The notes below the pieces were generated by a model, which was not told the DNA's origin, ran no database searches, and worked only from the letters and a program-made list of their open reading frames with translations. A DNA stretch of 64,000 nucleotides from Candidatus Melainabacteria bacterium 17Bon1m (GTDB taxonomy: Bacteria > Cyanobacteriota > Vampirovibrionia > Obscuribacterales > Obscuribacteraceae), in assembly GCA_032128875.1 (NCBI GenBank), contig JAVLKG010000002.1, positions 352,001 to 416,000 on the forward strand, given 5' to 3'. Shown in pieces: positions 19,105 through 29,557 of this stretch; positions within the stretch are counted from its first letter, which is position 1, and each line of letters starts with the position of its first letter. The translations under genes were made by a program, and so were the position numbers.

Positions 19105-20367
19105 ATGAGTAGAAGAAGAGTTGTGGTGACTGGCATCGGTGGCGTTACGCCTATTGGCGTTGGCCGCGAAGACATGTGGAAAGCTTTGCTTAATGGCGAA
19201 AGCGGCGTCAAGAGAATTAGCCAGTTCGATCCCGATGAGATCGGTTTGGACGTCAAAATTGCAGCCGAAGTCAAAGGCTTCAATATTGCTGATTTCTTCC
19301 CGGACAAACGCAAAGTCGGCTCGATGTTGAAAGAGATGGATCGTGTCACTCTTTTTTCGATGGTGGCCGCTAAACAAGCTTTGGAAGATGCCAAACTTGA
19401 AATCAAAAACACTATTGCCGAGCGCGTTGGAACCTACATCGGAACCGGCGTTGGCGGTTTGATCACAACAACCGGTGACCATATCAAGCTGATGGCTGGT
19501 GGACCGAAAAAGATTGGTCTTCGCTCGATTATTCGTTTAATGCCCAACGCTTCGTCGGGACAAGTTGCCATCGAATATGGTGCGAAGGGCAGAGCTAAAA
19601 ATGACAGCACTGCGTGCGCTAGTGGTCTTGATTCGTTGCTCGACGCTTTTATGTACATCCAGAGCAATCGTGCCGACGTCATGATTTCCGGTGGTTCTGA
19701 GGCCTGTATCAACCAATTCAGTGTTGCTTCCTTTAACAACATGATGGCTCTGTCCAAGCGCAATGATGATCCTGAAAGTGCATCGCGTCCGTTCACCAGC
19801 GACAGAGATGGATTTGTAATCGGCGAAGGCTCCGTTGTTCTCATTCTTGAAGAGCTCGAGCATGCTCTCAAGCGCAACGCGACAATCTATGCAGAAATCG
19901 TCGGCGGTGGTGCATCTTGCGATGCTACCCACATCGTTGCTCCGGACGAATTCGGTGAAGGAGCAGCCAGAGCGATTAGTGAAGCACTAAGAGACGCAGA
20001 ACTCGACCCGACGGCAATTGATTACATCAATGCTCACGGAACATCGACTCCGTTAAATGATGAGAGAGAAACTCTCGCCATCAAGAAAGTATTCAAAGAG
20101 CATGCTTACAAGGTTGCTGTATCGAGCACAAAGTCCATGGTCGGTCACTTGCTCGGAGGCGCTGGCGCAATCGGTGCGGCCGCTACTGCGTTGACGTTGT
20201 TCGATCAGAAGATCCATCCAACGATCAATTACAACACTCCCGATCCGAAATGCGATCTCGACTATGTGCCAAATGTTTTCCGTCAAGCACCAGTCAAACA
20301 CGCTATTTGCGAGGCTCTCGGATTTGGCGGACACAACACTGTTTTGGTGATGAAGTCCTACGCTTAG
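19105..20367 (+). CDS. fabF: beta-ketoacyl-ACP synthase II
   Basis: RRVVVTGIG, TACAS (Cys), SRPF..RDGFV, NAHGTST (His), GHLLG (His) and GFGGHN motifs. Confidence 0.9.
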   Translation: MSRRRVVVTGIGGVTPIGVGREDMWKALLNGESGVKRISQFDPDEIGLDVKIAAEVKGFNIADFFPDKRKVGSMLKEMDRVTLFSMVAAKQALEDAKLEIKNTIAERVGTYIGTGVGGLITTTGDHIKLMAGGPKKIGLRSIIRLMPNASSGQVAIEYGAKGRAKNDSTACASGLDSLLDAFMYIQSNRADVMISGGSEACINQFSVASFNNMMALSKRNDDPESASRPFTSDRDGFVIGEGSVVLILEELEHALKRNATIYAEIVGGGASCDATHIVAPDEFGEGAARAISEALRDAELDPTAIDYINAHGTSTPLNDERETLAIKKVFKEHAYKVAVSSTKSMVGHLLGGAGAIGAAATALTLFDQKIHPTINYNTPDPKCDLDYVPNVFRQAPVKHAICEALGFGGHNTVLVMKSYA

Positions 20368-20388
20368 CCGCGTGACGGGTTTTTCGTC

Positions 20389-23300
20389 CTAGACAGTAGC
20401 GCTAGGAGAATTTTCGTCCTGATTTGCTTGCTGTTGTTGCTGTTGCGCTGCAGATGCCGCCAAAGCCATGCTGGCTGGATCTACACGCCCTGCACCGGAT
20501 TGCGCAGCGGCGCCGCCAAAACCGGCCTGATCATTTTCCGGTTGCTCTTCCAGGTGGGAGAAATTGCCGTAGACATGCTTGCCGCCAGGCTCGGCTGCGG
20601 TCAATTTGCGACCGGTATTCCAGCTGACGACATTCTGCCAGGCTTTGGACGCGCCGGAAGTGTAAGCGGCTGCCAGTGAATTTGGTCCGGAAGTGCCATA
20701 TGGGTTGGCTCTCAGACTGCTCTGGTTGTAAGCCATGTTATTGCTCATGTCTTTAATCTTGTTGATATCGAAGTTAGTCGTTGCCGGCTTTCTCTTGGAC
20801 GAATCATCAAGATTATTGGTCGAGTTGGCGCGCACCCGTGACGGTGTGGCGACGAATACTTGCTGGCTAGAGTCGGCAACAGTCGACGGAGCGCCTGGTC
20901 CGCGAGTCGGCCCCATGGGATTGCCGTACTGCACCTGGTTTTCGTGTTCTTTCTTGACGCGCAGTTGACCGACTGTGAGCGCTTCTTTTTGGCGAGTCCA
21001 GACTGCTTGAGCCTCCGGATTCTCGGCTGTGCGCTCGGCGATGATTTGCTTGATCTGCTCTCTTAGTGCGTCGATTTGAGCTTGATCTTTGCCGCGGATG
21101 TAGTCGGCAACTTTGGCTGCCAGCTCGGCACGGGATCTTTCGCGATCAGCCTCGGTGCGAGCGGCGATTTCTTTCTCCATCAAAGCAGCCATTACATATG
21201 GAGCGTTGACTTCGTCGTAAATGTAATCTTGAGCTTTTTCTTTCAGAGCAAAACCGCCGACGCCCAAAAGTCCGACGCCTGCTGCAGTGGTGAGAATATC
21301 TTTGACCAGTTTGTGGCGCAGTGATTCTTGAGCCAAGTTGGGATTGGCGAGCAAAGCTGCTTTGTCTTGGGTCAAACCTCTGACGCTGAATTTGACCTGG
21401 TTGTCCATGATGTTGCGGTTGAAACGCTCCGCAGCGTCGAGCAATTGACCTTTGTTTGTTTCCAAACCGGCAATTGGTCTGACGTTGAAAGATCCGGCTT
21501 TGACTTGGGAAATCAGTGACTGACCGCCGTCCATGCCGCCAAATGCACGTTGGGCAAGGGTGTTCTTTCCGTAATAGCCTTGCTCGCTAACCAGGCGTGC
21601 AGCCCAGTGATCGAGAATGCTTTCGCGCAACTTGAGCAGTTGTCCTTGCACCGCAGGCGGTGACACTTCGTACATGTTGGCGATGCTGTTGAGAGCATTT
21701 TTGTACGAAGCTACTTTGCCTGAGTTGGCAGCGTCCATGTAGGCCTTGAACTGCGATTCAAACGCCGATGCTCTGGCGTTTTGCATTGTTTGGGCAGTTC
21801 TTTCGAAACCTTCGACAGTTTGTCTGAGAGTTTGCAGATTGCGTGCTTCGACTTCGCCGAGAGCAACGGCAGGTTTGAAGTCATTGAGTTTCTTGGCGGC
21901 TGCATTGACGTCGGCAATAGCGCCATCACCATTGGTGAATTTTCTCAGTGCGGAATTGAACTCGGTTGCCAGTTTGTTGACTTCAGAGTCCGTTTTGAAA
22001 CCGAGGCGAGCCGCTTCATCAGCTGCATTCGGAAGTCTGCGGGCGGCGTTGATGGCATCGTCGGCGACAGCCAGCTTGCGTGCATCGGCAATGGCTGAAG
22101 CTTTGGATTCGACCATGGCGGCTGTGCCTTTGCCCAGCTCATCCAATTGAGTCGACGACTTCTTCACGAAGCTCATCATGTCGCTTTCTTTGACTGTGCC
22201 TCTGGCTACATCGTCTGAAAGCGATTTGATTACGTTGAGACGCTCGCTGACGTGATTGAACTTGCCGGCTTGGCTTTCCAACTGTTCGGCTTTGGCAATG
22301 AGCCTTGCTCTCGATTCTGACGTTGCCGGCATGGTTTCGGCCAATTCGCGAACTTCTTTGGCTAGTTGCTTGCCGCCCTGGCTGGACATAAAGCTGGTTT
22401 GCTTCGCCACATCGTCGAGCTTGGGTGCCAGGTTTTCGACAACGTTAGACATCGAGCGCGAGCTGTTTTCGATGTTGGTCAATTTGCGGACGTTGGCAGC
22501 TTCATCTCCGAGGACTTTAGCGTCGGTGCTCAGTCTTTCGGCGACGTTGGTCACCTTTGTTTCCGCCGCAGCTACTCTGCCTTCGGTCTTGATGGCAGCT
22601 TGCTCCATCCGTATGACCATGTTTTGCATGTTGTCGATCTGCGTTTGATTCTTCTGAATCACTCTTGCCAGATCGTCGCCGATGCCGTCGGTTGCTGCGC
22701 GTCTGGCAGCAGCTCTGATTTCTTCGAGAGCTTTGAATTCGTTGCTGGAGCGCTGCGCTACGAGCTCGACATTGTCGAGAGCGTTGGTCAATTTTGTCAG
22801 TTGTTTGTTGTCGCCGGCTTTGACCGCATCATCAAGAACATTACGGAAGCCCGGTTGAAGCTGTTCCAACTTAGCCAAGCCTTGCTCTGATTCTCTGACT
22901 GCTGCTGCAATTGCGTCACGGTCGCCGGAGCGAACAGCGGTGCGCAGTCTGTCGATAGCCTTGAACTCATCGGCTTGCCTTACTGCCGCTTCCATGATGT
23001 CGGTGGTGGCGGTGATGCCGTTGGTTGCTTGTCTTGATTTGACTACGCTGGTTTCGATGGCTTGCAGCCTACTTGTCCGCTCTGCTGAGCTGGCGAAATT
23101 GTCGAGTGCTTGCGGAAGTTTTACTTCAGCCGCCCGTACTTCTTTAGCAGCATTGCCCAGTCTTTCGATATCATCGGCTGACTTGGTTGAGGCCTTGAAG
23201 GCTGTAACTGCTTCTTCGAAATTGCGCAGGGATTGAACTTTTGCAGCATCGCTGCCTACTTGTGTCTGTAATGTCTTGAGCGCTTGAACTGCTTCGTCTG

Positions 23301-25710
23301 CACCTTTGCCCAGGTCTACGACACCACCTTTGATGGCAAGGGTGCGAGTCGCATCGGTCGCGGCATCGGCAATTTTGCTGCCGTTGACTGTAAGTGTTTC
23401 GGTAGCGCCCGGCACTGCACGCTCCAGCACTCTGGAATTCTTTTGGATTACCAAAGCCAATTCGTCGGCTGTGACATTGCCTTTCATAGCGCCGTTGAAG
23501 GCGGTTTGAACTTCTTCGATTGCTTTCAAATTGGTTGGATTGCCGGCCCATTTGCGTGCGGCTTCTTCCAAAACCGGCGCCGATTCTGCAATGCTTCTTT
23601 CGAGAGTCAGTGCGGGACGAGCTTTCTCTGCTGCTTCAACGACTTTGCTTGTTTGAGCAGTGACGTTGTCGCTGACGCGAGCAACTTGAGCCAGTGCTTC
23701 CTCAACGTTGCCGCCTGCTTTGGTCGCCAATGATTTTTCGTTGTTGGCGAGATTTCTCAGGGCTGCAGTCAATTCTTCTGTGCTACCGCTGCGACCGGCA
23801 ACGAAGTCTGCCACTGCCTGTTCGACTTTGGCTACTTGCTGCGGGCTGGTGGCCTTGAGCGGAGCCAGAACATTGTCTAGTTCGGAAGTGGCTGCCTTAA
23901 CCGGCTTGACCAGATCATCCATGTGAGTGAAAAGTCTGGTTGCATTGACGCTTTCGGTAAGATTTCCAGCTTGTCTGGTGATTTCTTTCAAGGTATCTGC
24001 CGAGACGTTGCCTGTTTGTTTCAGCTTATCTACGGCTTGGGCGAATTCTTCCGGACGGATAGCACCGTTGGCGAGTTTATTGGCAGCGACTTTTACTTCA
24101 TCGAGTGCTTGCGCTTGCAGCGAACCGGACTGCGGTGCTTCTTTCTGAATCGCTTGCTCTATTTTTGTGGCTGCTTGTCTGGCGTCGTCTGCGTAGGTCT
24201 CGAATCTGGTCAGAAGTCTGCGTCCGACGGATGCTCCTTCCAGTTTTGCTACATCAGCAACAAGTCCTTCGACGAGTTGTGGGTTCAGACCAGGGGCATC
24301 ACTCTTTAAAGCTTTAACAGCAGATATAAGTTCGTCAGATTTATTGCCGCCACGGGCAACATCATTTACGAGAGTCTGGATGTTTTGCAGAGCTTTTGCT
24401 TCTGGCGAATTCTTGCCGACACCGACAGTGAGGCTTTCGATCTTGGTGCCTATGTTCTTGGCGGCATTGTCGACTGTCATGCCGAATGCTTCAACGGTTC
24501 CGGCGCGCTCCATGCTGCGAAGCAATTGGTTGCTTTGACCGGTCAATTCTTGCAGTTGCGGTCCTTTGAGGTGCGCGGCACTGTTTTCGACGGCTTGGGT
24601 AAATCTCGCCTGCGCTCCGGCTTCGCCTTTGAACATAGCAGCAGCAGCATTTTCCACTTCCTTCAAAGCGGTGGTTGCGGCAACGTCGGTCTTCTCTGTC
24701 GCTGTAAGCATGCGAGTAAGCGAGCTGGAGAAATTTCTCGACTCAGTCAGCGCGGCTGTTTTGCTTGCGTCAGTGAAAGCGGCAGATGTGATATTTGCCG
24801 GTCTTACATTCGGGTAGAAGCCATGTAGCGACTTGATCAAGCTGCTTTCGCCGGCGGCGACTTCAGTGCCGATGCCTACTGTTGTCGCTTTTGGACCTCT
24901 AAATGCAGCGGTTTCACCAAGATTGGTGGAGCGCGCCACGATGTTCTCGGTTACGGAAGTTGTTTGTCCTGCTTCTCGGAAGAAAGTATGGCTCTTGCTA
25001 GTGCCGGTTTCGGTAACGCGACCGACGGTTCTGCCGACATTTGCCAACTCGTCGGTGGCTGCGGCAACGTTGTCGCCCAGGGACAGTGCGCGGGTAGCCA
25101 GTGTGCCGCCACGCAATTCATTGGCAATTCCAACTGTACCTTTAGTGGTCAGCGCCGTACCGCCACCCAAGGTGATCAAGAAACTTGTACCGGTACCCAA
25201 CATGCGGGCTTTGTCGTCTGCCGTGCCTGTTGACCAGTCAGTGGCCATTTTATTTGTAAGAGTGCCCCAGTTCTTTCTGCCTTGCTCGGAGAAGGGGTTC
25301 AATGCCGGTGCAGCATGAGCTACATCAGTAGCAGTTCTGGTGAAGGCTGCCGTGATGCTGTGGCCTTCGGACAGGGCAGAAATTCCACCCTGGTCGGCTT
25401 CTCGTGCTAGGGTCGCCTTATCCTTCTTAAATATGGTCGTGACTTGGTCGGCAAGACCGGTGACCGTAGCGCCCAAGAAATTGGTGGTGACGCTGCCAGC
25501 GGTCGACGTATCAGTCTTAGGCAGAGTCTGCTGAGTCTTCAGCATTTGGTCCGCATTGGTAAGCGCTTCGTTGAAACTGCTGCTTACTACGGAATTAAAA
25601 TTCAAGCCGGAAGTTTTTGGGGCTTCAGTTTCGGTTTCGGACGCGTTAGCGGCCAGGAGATTGTTATCTCCTCCGTTAGCGCCAGTGTTTAAACCGAATC
25701 TATTGCTCAT
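20389..25710 (-). CDS. 1773-aa Ala-rich helical repeat protein of unknown function
   Basis: Single uninterrupted 5.3-kb ORF with coiled-coil composition, two Gly-rich hydrophobic segments and a poly-Q tail. Confidence 0.85.
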   Translation of the reverse strand: MSNRFGLNTGANGGDNNLLAANASETETEAPKTSGLNFNSVVSSSFNEALTNADQMLKTQQTLPKTDTSTAGSVTTNFLGATVTGLADQVTTIFKKDKATLAREADQGGISALSEGHSITAAFTRTATDVAHAAPALNPFSEQGRKNWGTLTNKMATDWSTGTADDKARMLGTGTSFLITLGGGTALTTKGTVGIANELRGGTLATRALSLGDNVAAATDELANVGRTVGRVTETGTSKSHTFFREAGQTTSVTENIVARSTNLGETAAFRGPKATTVGIGTEVAAGESSLIKSLHGFYPNVRPANITSAAFTDASKTAALTESRNFSSSLTRMLTATEKTDVAATTALKEVENAAAAMFKGEAGAQARFTQAVENSAAHLKGPQLQELTGQSNQLLRSMERAGTVEAFGMTVDNAAKNIGTKIESLTVGVGKNSPEAKALQNIQTLVNDVARGGNKSDELISAVKALKSDAPGLNPQLVEGLVADVAKLEGASVGRRLLTRFETYADDARQAATKIEQAIQKEAPQSGSLQAQALDEVKVAANKLANGAIRPEEFAQAVDKLKQTGNVSADTLKEITRQAGNLTESVNATRLFTHMDDLVKPVKAATSELDNVLAPLKATSPQQVAKVEQAVADFVAGRSGSTEELTAALRNLANNEKSLATKAGGNVEEALAQVARVSDNVTAQTSKVVEAAEKARPALTLERSIAESAPVLEEAARKWAGNPTNLKAIEEVQTAFNGAMKGNVTADELALVIQKNSRVLERAVPGATETLTVNGSKIADAATDATRTLAIKGGVVDLGKGADEAVQALKTLQTQVGSDAAKVQSLRNFEEAVTAFKASTKSADDIERLGNAAKEVRAAEVKLPQALDNFASSAERTSRLQAIETSVVKSRQATNGITATTDIMEAAVRQADEFKAIDRLRTAVRSGDRDAIAAAVRESEQGLAKLEQLQPGFRNVLDDAVKAGDNKQLTKLTNALDNVELVAQRSSNEFKALEEIRAAARRAATDGIGDDLARVIQKNQTQIDNMQNMVIRMEQAAIKTEGRVAAAETKVTNVAERLSTDAKVLGDEAANVRKLTNIENSSRSMSNVVENLAPKLDDVAKQTSFMSSQGGKQLAKEVRELAETMPATSESRARLIAKAEQLESQAGKFNHVSERLNVIKSLSDDVARGTVKESDMMSFVKKSSTQLDELGKGTAAMVESKASAIADARKLAVADDAINAARRLPNAADEAARLGFKTDSEVNKLATEFNSALRKFTNGDGAIADVNAAAKKLNDFKPAVALGEVEARNLQTLRQTVEGFERTAQTMQNARASAFESQFKAYMDAANSGKVASYKNALNSIANMYEVSPPAVQGQLLKLRESILDHWAARLVSEQGYYGKNTLAQRAFGGMDGGQSLISQVKAGSFNVRPIAGLETNKGQLLDAAERFNRNIMDNQVKFSVRGLTQDKAALLANPNLAQESLRHKLVKDILTTAAGVGLLGVGGFALKEKAQDYIYDEVNAPYVMAALMEKEIAARTEADRERSRAELAAKVADYIRGKDQAQIDALREQIKQIIAERTAENPEAQAVWTRQKEALTVGQLRVKKEHENQVQYGNPMGPTRGPGAPSTVADSSQQVFVATPSRVRANSTNNLDDSSKRKPATTNFDINKIKDMSNNMAYNQSSLRANPYGTSGPNSLAAAYTSGASKAWQNVVSWNTGRKLTAAEPGGKHVYGNFSHLEEQPENDQAGFGGAAAQSGAGRVDPASMALAASAAQQQQQQANQDENSPSATV

Positions 25711-25994
25711 TGCTGCCCTAAATGCCTCTACGGTGTTGCCTTTTCAGGTTTTTTTATCGTAGTTTCGGCGTCTTCAGCACACCAGGAATGTGGTGACTTT
25801 GAACGCATGTATCCGAGGTGGCAAGGAAATTTGACAGTTCGAGGGGAACTTTTAACCCAGAATAGTGCCAACAGTGCCCAACTTTGATGGGGAAAATACG
25901 CATGTCAGGAGGTGGACCCCCAGGAGCGGATCAGATTTAATATAAATACTGATCTATACCTATAGATTCCCTCGAAAGTACCCCTTTTAAACCC

Positions 25995-26816
25995 ATGACA
26001 ACCCTGAAAGGGCGCTCGCGGGTGGCTAAAGAGAAGACAAAAGGACCGGAAACAACCTTGAGCTTCCTCGAAAACATAGACAACATCCTGGAAAAGGACC
26101 CTGCGGCCCGCAGCAGACTGGAAGTAATTCTCTGCTACCCTGGATTTCACGCCATCGTGGCCCACAAATTGTCCAATTTCCTCTGGCGTCGAGGTCTGAC
26201 AACGCCCGCCCGCTGCGTCTCTCAAGCAGCGCGCGTGCTGACCGGTATTGAAATACACCCAGGAGCGACAATCGGGCGGCGCGTCTTTATAGATCACGGC
26301 ATGGGTGTAGTCGTTGGAGAAACAACAATCATCGGCGATGACGTGGTTATTTATCAGGGCGTAACCCTGGGAGCCGGCGCAGCTGCACGTATGGGCTCTG
26401 CCAGTCGGGGAAAAAAACGCCATCCTACCTTGTGTAACGGGGTGGTCGTTGGTTCTGGAGCTGAGATTCAGGGCGACATTGTCGTCGGAGACAATGTCCG
26501 AGTGGCATCCGGGTCTATCGTTTTGAAGGACGTGCCTCCCAACTCGGTGGTCGTAGGTGTCCCTGGGCGCGTCATTTATCGCGATGGCGTCAAAGTAACC
26601 AGCGAGTCGGTTCCGGATATCGAAGCCGAGGCGATTAAGAGTCTTAAGCGCCGATTGGAAAAATTGGAGCACATGCTGGCTGCGTCCCCTGACCTCAATA
26701 AAGAGTCTTTTGAAGTGCCGAGCGACGATTTTTCAACCGGCGACCTCAAAGATATGGACGTTGTCGACGACGGCGCCGACCCCGTCGATGTATTTCTTCA
26801 CGGAGCCGGCATTTAA
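25995..26816 (+). CDS. cysE: serine O-acetyltransferase
   Basis: DPAARS, YPGFHA, TGIEIHPGATIG, FIDHGMGVVVGET, KRHPT and VVGVPGR motifs. Confidence 0.93.
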   Translation: MTTLKGRSRVAKEKTKGPETTLSFLENIDNILEKDPAARSRLEVILCYPGFHAIVAHKLSNFLWRRGLTTPARCVSQAARVLTGIEIHPGATIGRRVFIDHGMGVVVGETTIIGDDVVIYQGVTLGAGAAARMGSASRGKKRHPTLCNGVVVGSGAEIQGDIVVGDNVRVASGSIVLKDVPPNSVVVGVPGRVIYRDGVKVTSESVPDIEAEAIKSLKRRLEKLEHMLAASPDLNKESFEVPSDDFSTGDLKDMDVVDDGADPVDVFLHGAGI

Positions 26817-27022
26817 TCACGCCCGACCATTGTGGCAAAAACCGCTTTTTAAGTGGGTAGAATAAAGGTGTCTAGTTGAATGTGCGGTTTTCGTCCTTTG
26901 AAACCGATCTGAGGGGCAAACTGGGTTTGGCGATCGCACAGAGACAAAATGCAAAACCAAATGCATTCGTTAAGGAAAATGGATATACGATCCGGTAACT
27001 AGCGGAAAGGAACGATTACCGC

Positions 27023-27265
27023 ATGGCAGAAAGCGAGCTTGAAAAAGCATTCTCGACACTGGCGCAAGCCTTCACTGTGACTGAGACTGAGTTGACCGAA
27101 GAGATTACGGTCATCGAACAGCAGATAACCAATCTCAAGGATAGAATTGCGCAGCTTAACGGAAAGCAGCAAACGCTTGCTCACGATAAGTCATCTATCC
27201 AGGAAATGTTCAGTCGTTATTGCGCCACCGAAGGTGGTGCAGGGCAGCCAAAGGTAGAGTTCTAA
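27023..27265 (+). CDS. small coiled-coil hypothetical protein
   Basis: 80-aa heptad-rich ORF with an AAAGGA SD. Confidence 0.6.
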   Translation: MAESELEKAFSTLAQAFTVTETELTEEITVIEQQITNLKDRIAQLNGKQQTLAHDKSSIQEMFSRYCATEGGAGQPKVEF

Positions 27266-27393
27266 AACGGTCTGGAAACAGCGTCTGCCTGTAGTCTGAA
27301 ATTTATAAGTCTCCACTGGAGAATGATTTCCGATTGCCGGCCGTGATCCAAATGTCTGAAGTAATGTCACTTGACCGTTAAGAGTCTCGAGCA

Positions 27394-27894
27394 ATGTCCG
27401 GCAACTGTCCATTATGTGGTGCACCCTTAAACCTCGGGCTCAACTTTTGTGTTGTTTGCGGCAGACGTGCAATAGGTAGTGAATCCAGCAAAATCGTAGG
27501 TCTCAAGGCTGCTACGAGAGCCTCAGACCTGACGCAGAAAATTGACATCAGTGACGGCAGATTCAACAAAACCGCCAAGAAAAAAACACCACTCAGATTT
27601 CGCAAGGTGCGCGGGCTGGGCACTCAGGTCTTCTATGTTTTTCTCGGTGTTTCCCTGTTTTTCTGCGCCATAAGATACGTTCTGGAACCGGCGAGTTTTA
27701 CTGGTCATGTTCAGCGCACTGTGCACATGATCTTGGACAAAAATCCTGTACAGCACGTGCAGGGAATGCTTGGCATTAAGCCTGAAGCAAAGAAAAAGCC
27801 GCCAGAGAAGCCACCCGCCAAACAGACCAAGAAGGTCAAAAAGAAAAAGCCGCGCGGTCACAGAAACCGAGTCTCCCACAAGCATCAAACATAA
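27394..27894 (+). CDS. zinc-ribbon single-pass membrane protein
   Basis: CPLC...CVVC, one hydrophobic helix and a Lys/Pro-rich tail. Confidence 0.65.
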   Translation: MSGNCPLCGAPLNLGLNFCVVCGRRAIGSESSKIVGLKAATRASDLTQKIDISDGRFNKTAKKKTPLRFRKVRGLGTQVFYVFLGVSLFFCAIRYVLEPASFTGHVQRTVHMILDKNPVQHVQGMLGIKPEAKKKPPEKPPAKQTKKVKKKKPRGHRNRVSHKHQT

Positions 27895-27910
27895 GGAGCG
27901 ACGCGCTTTT

Positions 27911-28129
27911 CTAGGAGCTGCTTTCCTTGTCCATGAGCGCAATTATGCCCATGTCGAATAGAATTTCCAGCTCTTCCAGAGTCCAGCTCTTTTTTACTTT
28001 TGGTGAATGATGCAGGCTTGCCCGGATAACTTTTCCTCCGGCGCCTGTCACTTCATAGACATATTCTTTTTCGTAGTAAGGCGGTGCCTTGACTTTTAGA
28101 AGCTGTCCCTTTTTGAGTTCTGGCAGCAT
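27911..28129 (-). CDS. hypothetical protein
   Basis: 72-aa ORF 8 bp downstream of the ACAD gene in the same orientation. Confidence 0.6.
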   Translation of the reverse strand: MLPELKKGQLLKVKAPPYYEKEYVYEVTGAGGKVIRASLHHSPKVKKSWTLEELEILFDMGIIALMDKESSS

Positions 28130-28137
28130 GATTCTTT

Positions 28138-29274
28138 CTATTTCGACACTTGAGCAAGTGCCTTTCGCCCAATTTCCGCCATTTGCTTCTGGCTGGTACC
28201 GCCAGTAATTTGATACGTTTTTGCGTCGCGCATCAGTTTTTCTACGGGATATTCTCTCGAATATCCGTACCCTCCGAAGATTTGCACGGCATCCGTAGCA
28301 ATGCGCATCGCGGCTTCTTGCGCGAAAACTTTGGCAATAGCGGCCGTGTCAAAATCGTCCTCGCCCTGATCAACAAGCTGGCAGCCCTTGTACATAAGCA
28401 GTTTGGATGCCTCGATGTCCTTAGCCATGTCGGACATCATGAAAGCGATCGCCTGGTGATCGCCAATTGGTCTGCCGAACGTTTTTCTCTCTTTGGAATA
28501 AGCTATCGAATGAGAAAGAGCGGCGCGAGATATGCCAATGGCGCTCGCTGCAAACAAGAGATAGGCTCGAGGCATTACGAATGACATGATTTTTTCGGCA
28601 CCGCCAGGAGTGCCGATCAAGTGATCAGCAGTTACTTTCACATCTTTCAGTTCAAGGTCCGCGGTGCCCAAGCACTTGCGGCCCAGTCTGTTTACAGTCT
28701 TACCTACTTTTACTCCGGCTGCGTTTTTCTCGACAATTACAAGAGAAGGTTTGCTTGATTCATCAATAGCCATTGCAACAAACCAGTCGCAGTAAGCTCC
28801 TGTAACTACGCGAACAGCTCCATTCAGTTGAAAATCAGAACCGCTGGCCTTTAATTTTGGCAATCTCTCTTCACTGCAGGTGGTATCAAGCATACTTTCT
28901 GCAAAACCGGCAAAGGAAAGTTTTTCCAAAAGCGGCTGGATGTATTTTTTGACCCTTTCTGCGTTGTTTTCGGCTATCAAAGGCAAGATAGCAATAGCGC
29001 TTGCTTCGGCGTAACCGGCTATAGAACTGCAACCGGTGGCAAGTTCTTCTTGAATGAGCGCCGTTTCGAAAAAAGCAAGAGCCAATCCGCCTGCGCTTTC
29101 GGGCGCCATAGTGTTGGTCAAGCCGGCTTCGAATGCTTTATTCAATACTTCCAGAGGGGCTTCGCCGCTTTCATCGAAGTGGGCGGCTTGAGGCGCAACT
29201 TCTCTTATCGAAAAATCACGGGCAAGCTTTTGAAACTCTTTTTGCTCTTCAGTTAAATTGAATTCAGACATCAC
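28138..29274 (-). CDS. acyl-CoA dehydrogenase family protein (catalytic Glu apparently absent)
   Basis: FNLTEEQ, ERKTFGRPI, QAIAFM and QIFGGYGYSREYPVEKLMRDAK motifs. Confidence 0.85.
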   Translation of the reverse strand: MMSEFNLTEEQKEFQKLARDFSIREVAPQAAHFDESGEAPLEVLNKAFEAGLTNTMAPESAGGLALAFFETALIQEELATGCSSIAGYAEASAIAILPLIAENNAERVKKYIQPLLEKLSFAGFAESMLDTTCSEERLPKLKASGSDFQLNGAVRVVTGAYCDWFVAMAIDESSKPSLVIVEKNAAGVKVGKTVNRLGRKCLGTADLELKDVKVTADHLIGTPGGAEKIMSFVMPRAYLLFAASAIGISRAALSHSIAYSKERKTFGRPIGDHQAIAFMMSDMAKDIEASKLLMYKGCQLVDQGEDDFDTAAIAKVFAQEAAMRIATDAVQIFGGYGYSREYPVEKLMRDAKTYQITGGTSQKQMAEIGRKALAQVSK

Positions 29275-29557
29275 TACGCCTATGAAGAAAATGTGACGGG
29301 AAGGCGGCCTTGAGTGGCGCGACCGAACAGAAAGGCTATTCTAGTTCTTCTGAGGCTGTATCTCAATGTGAGAGCGCCGACAGCGCACCCTTTTTTGCTG
29401 GCGATAGTGGCATTTTCCGCTCTGGATAAACTTGGCTTTATACAAAAGTGAAAAGGCTTCTCTTGACCAGTCCTCTTAGGGTAGTCATGATTACGAGGAA
29501 CAGCACGCGCTTGTCAACAGGTGGCTGTTTTTCGATAGGTCTCTAAAACAAACTCAC

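Noticed and set aside
19105-20367. Type II PKS ketosynthase
   Set aside because: It has a Cys-His-His triad and FabF-like sequence, with no chain-length factor, ACP or cyclase adjacent.
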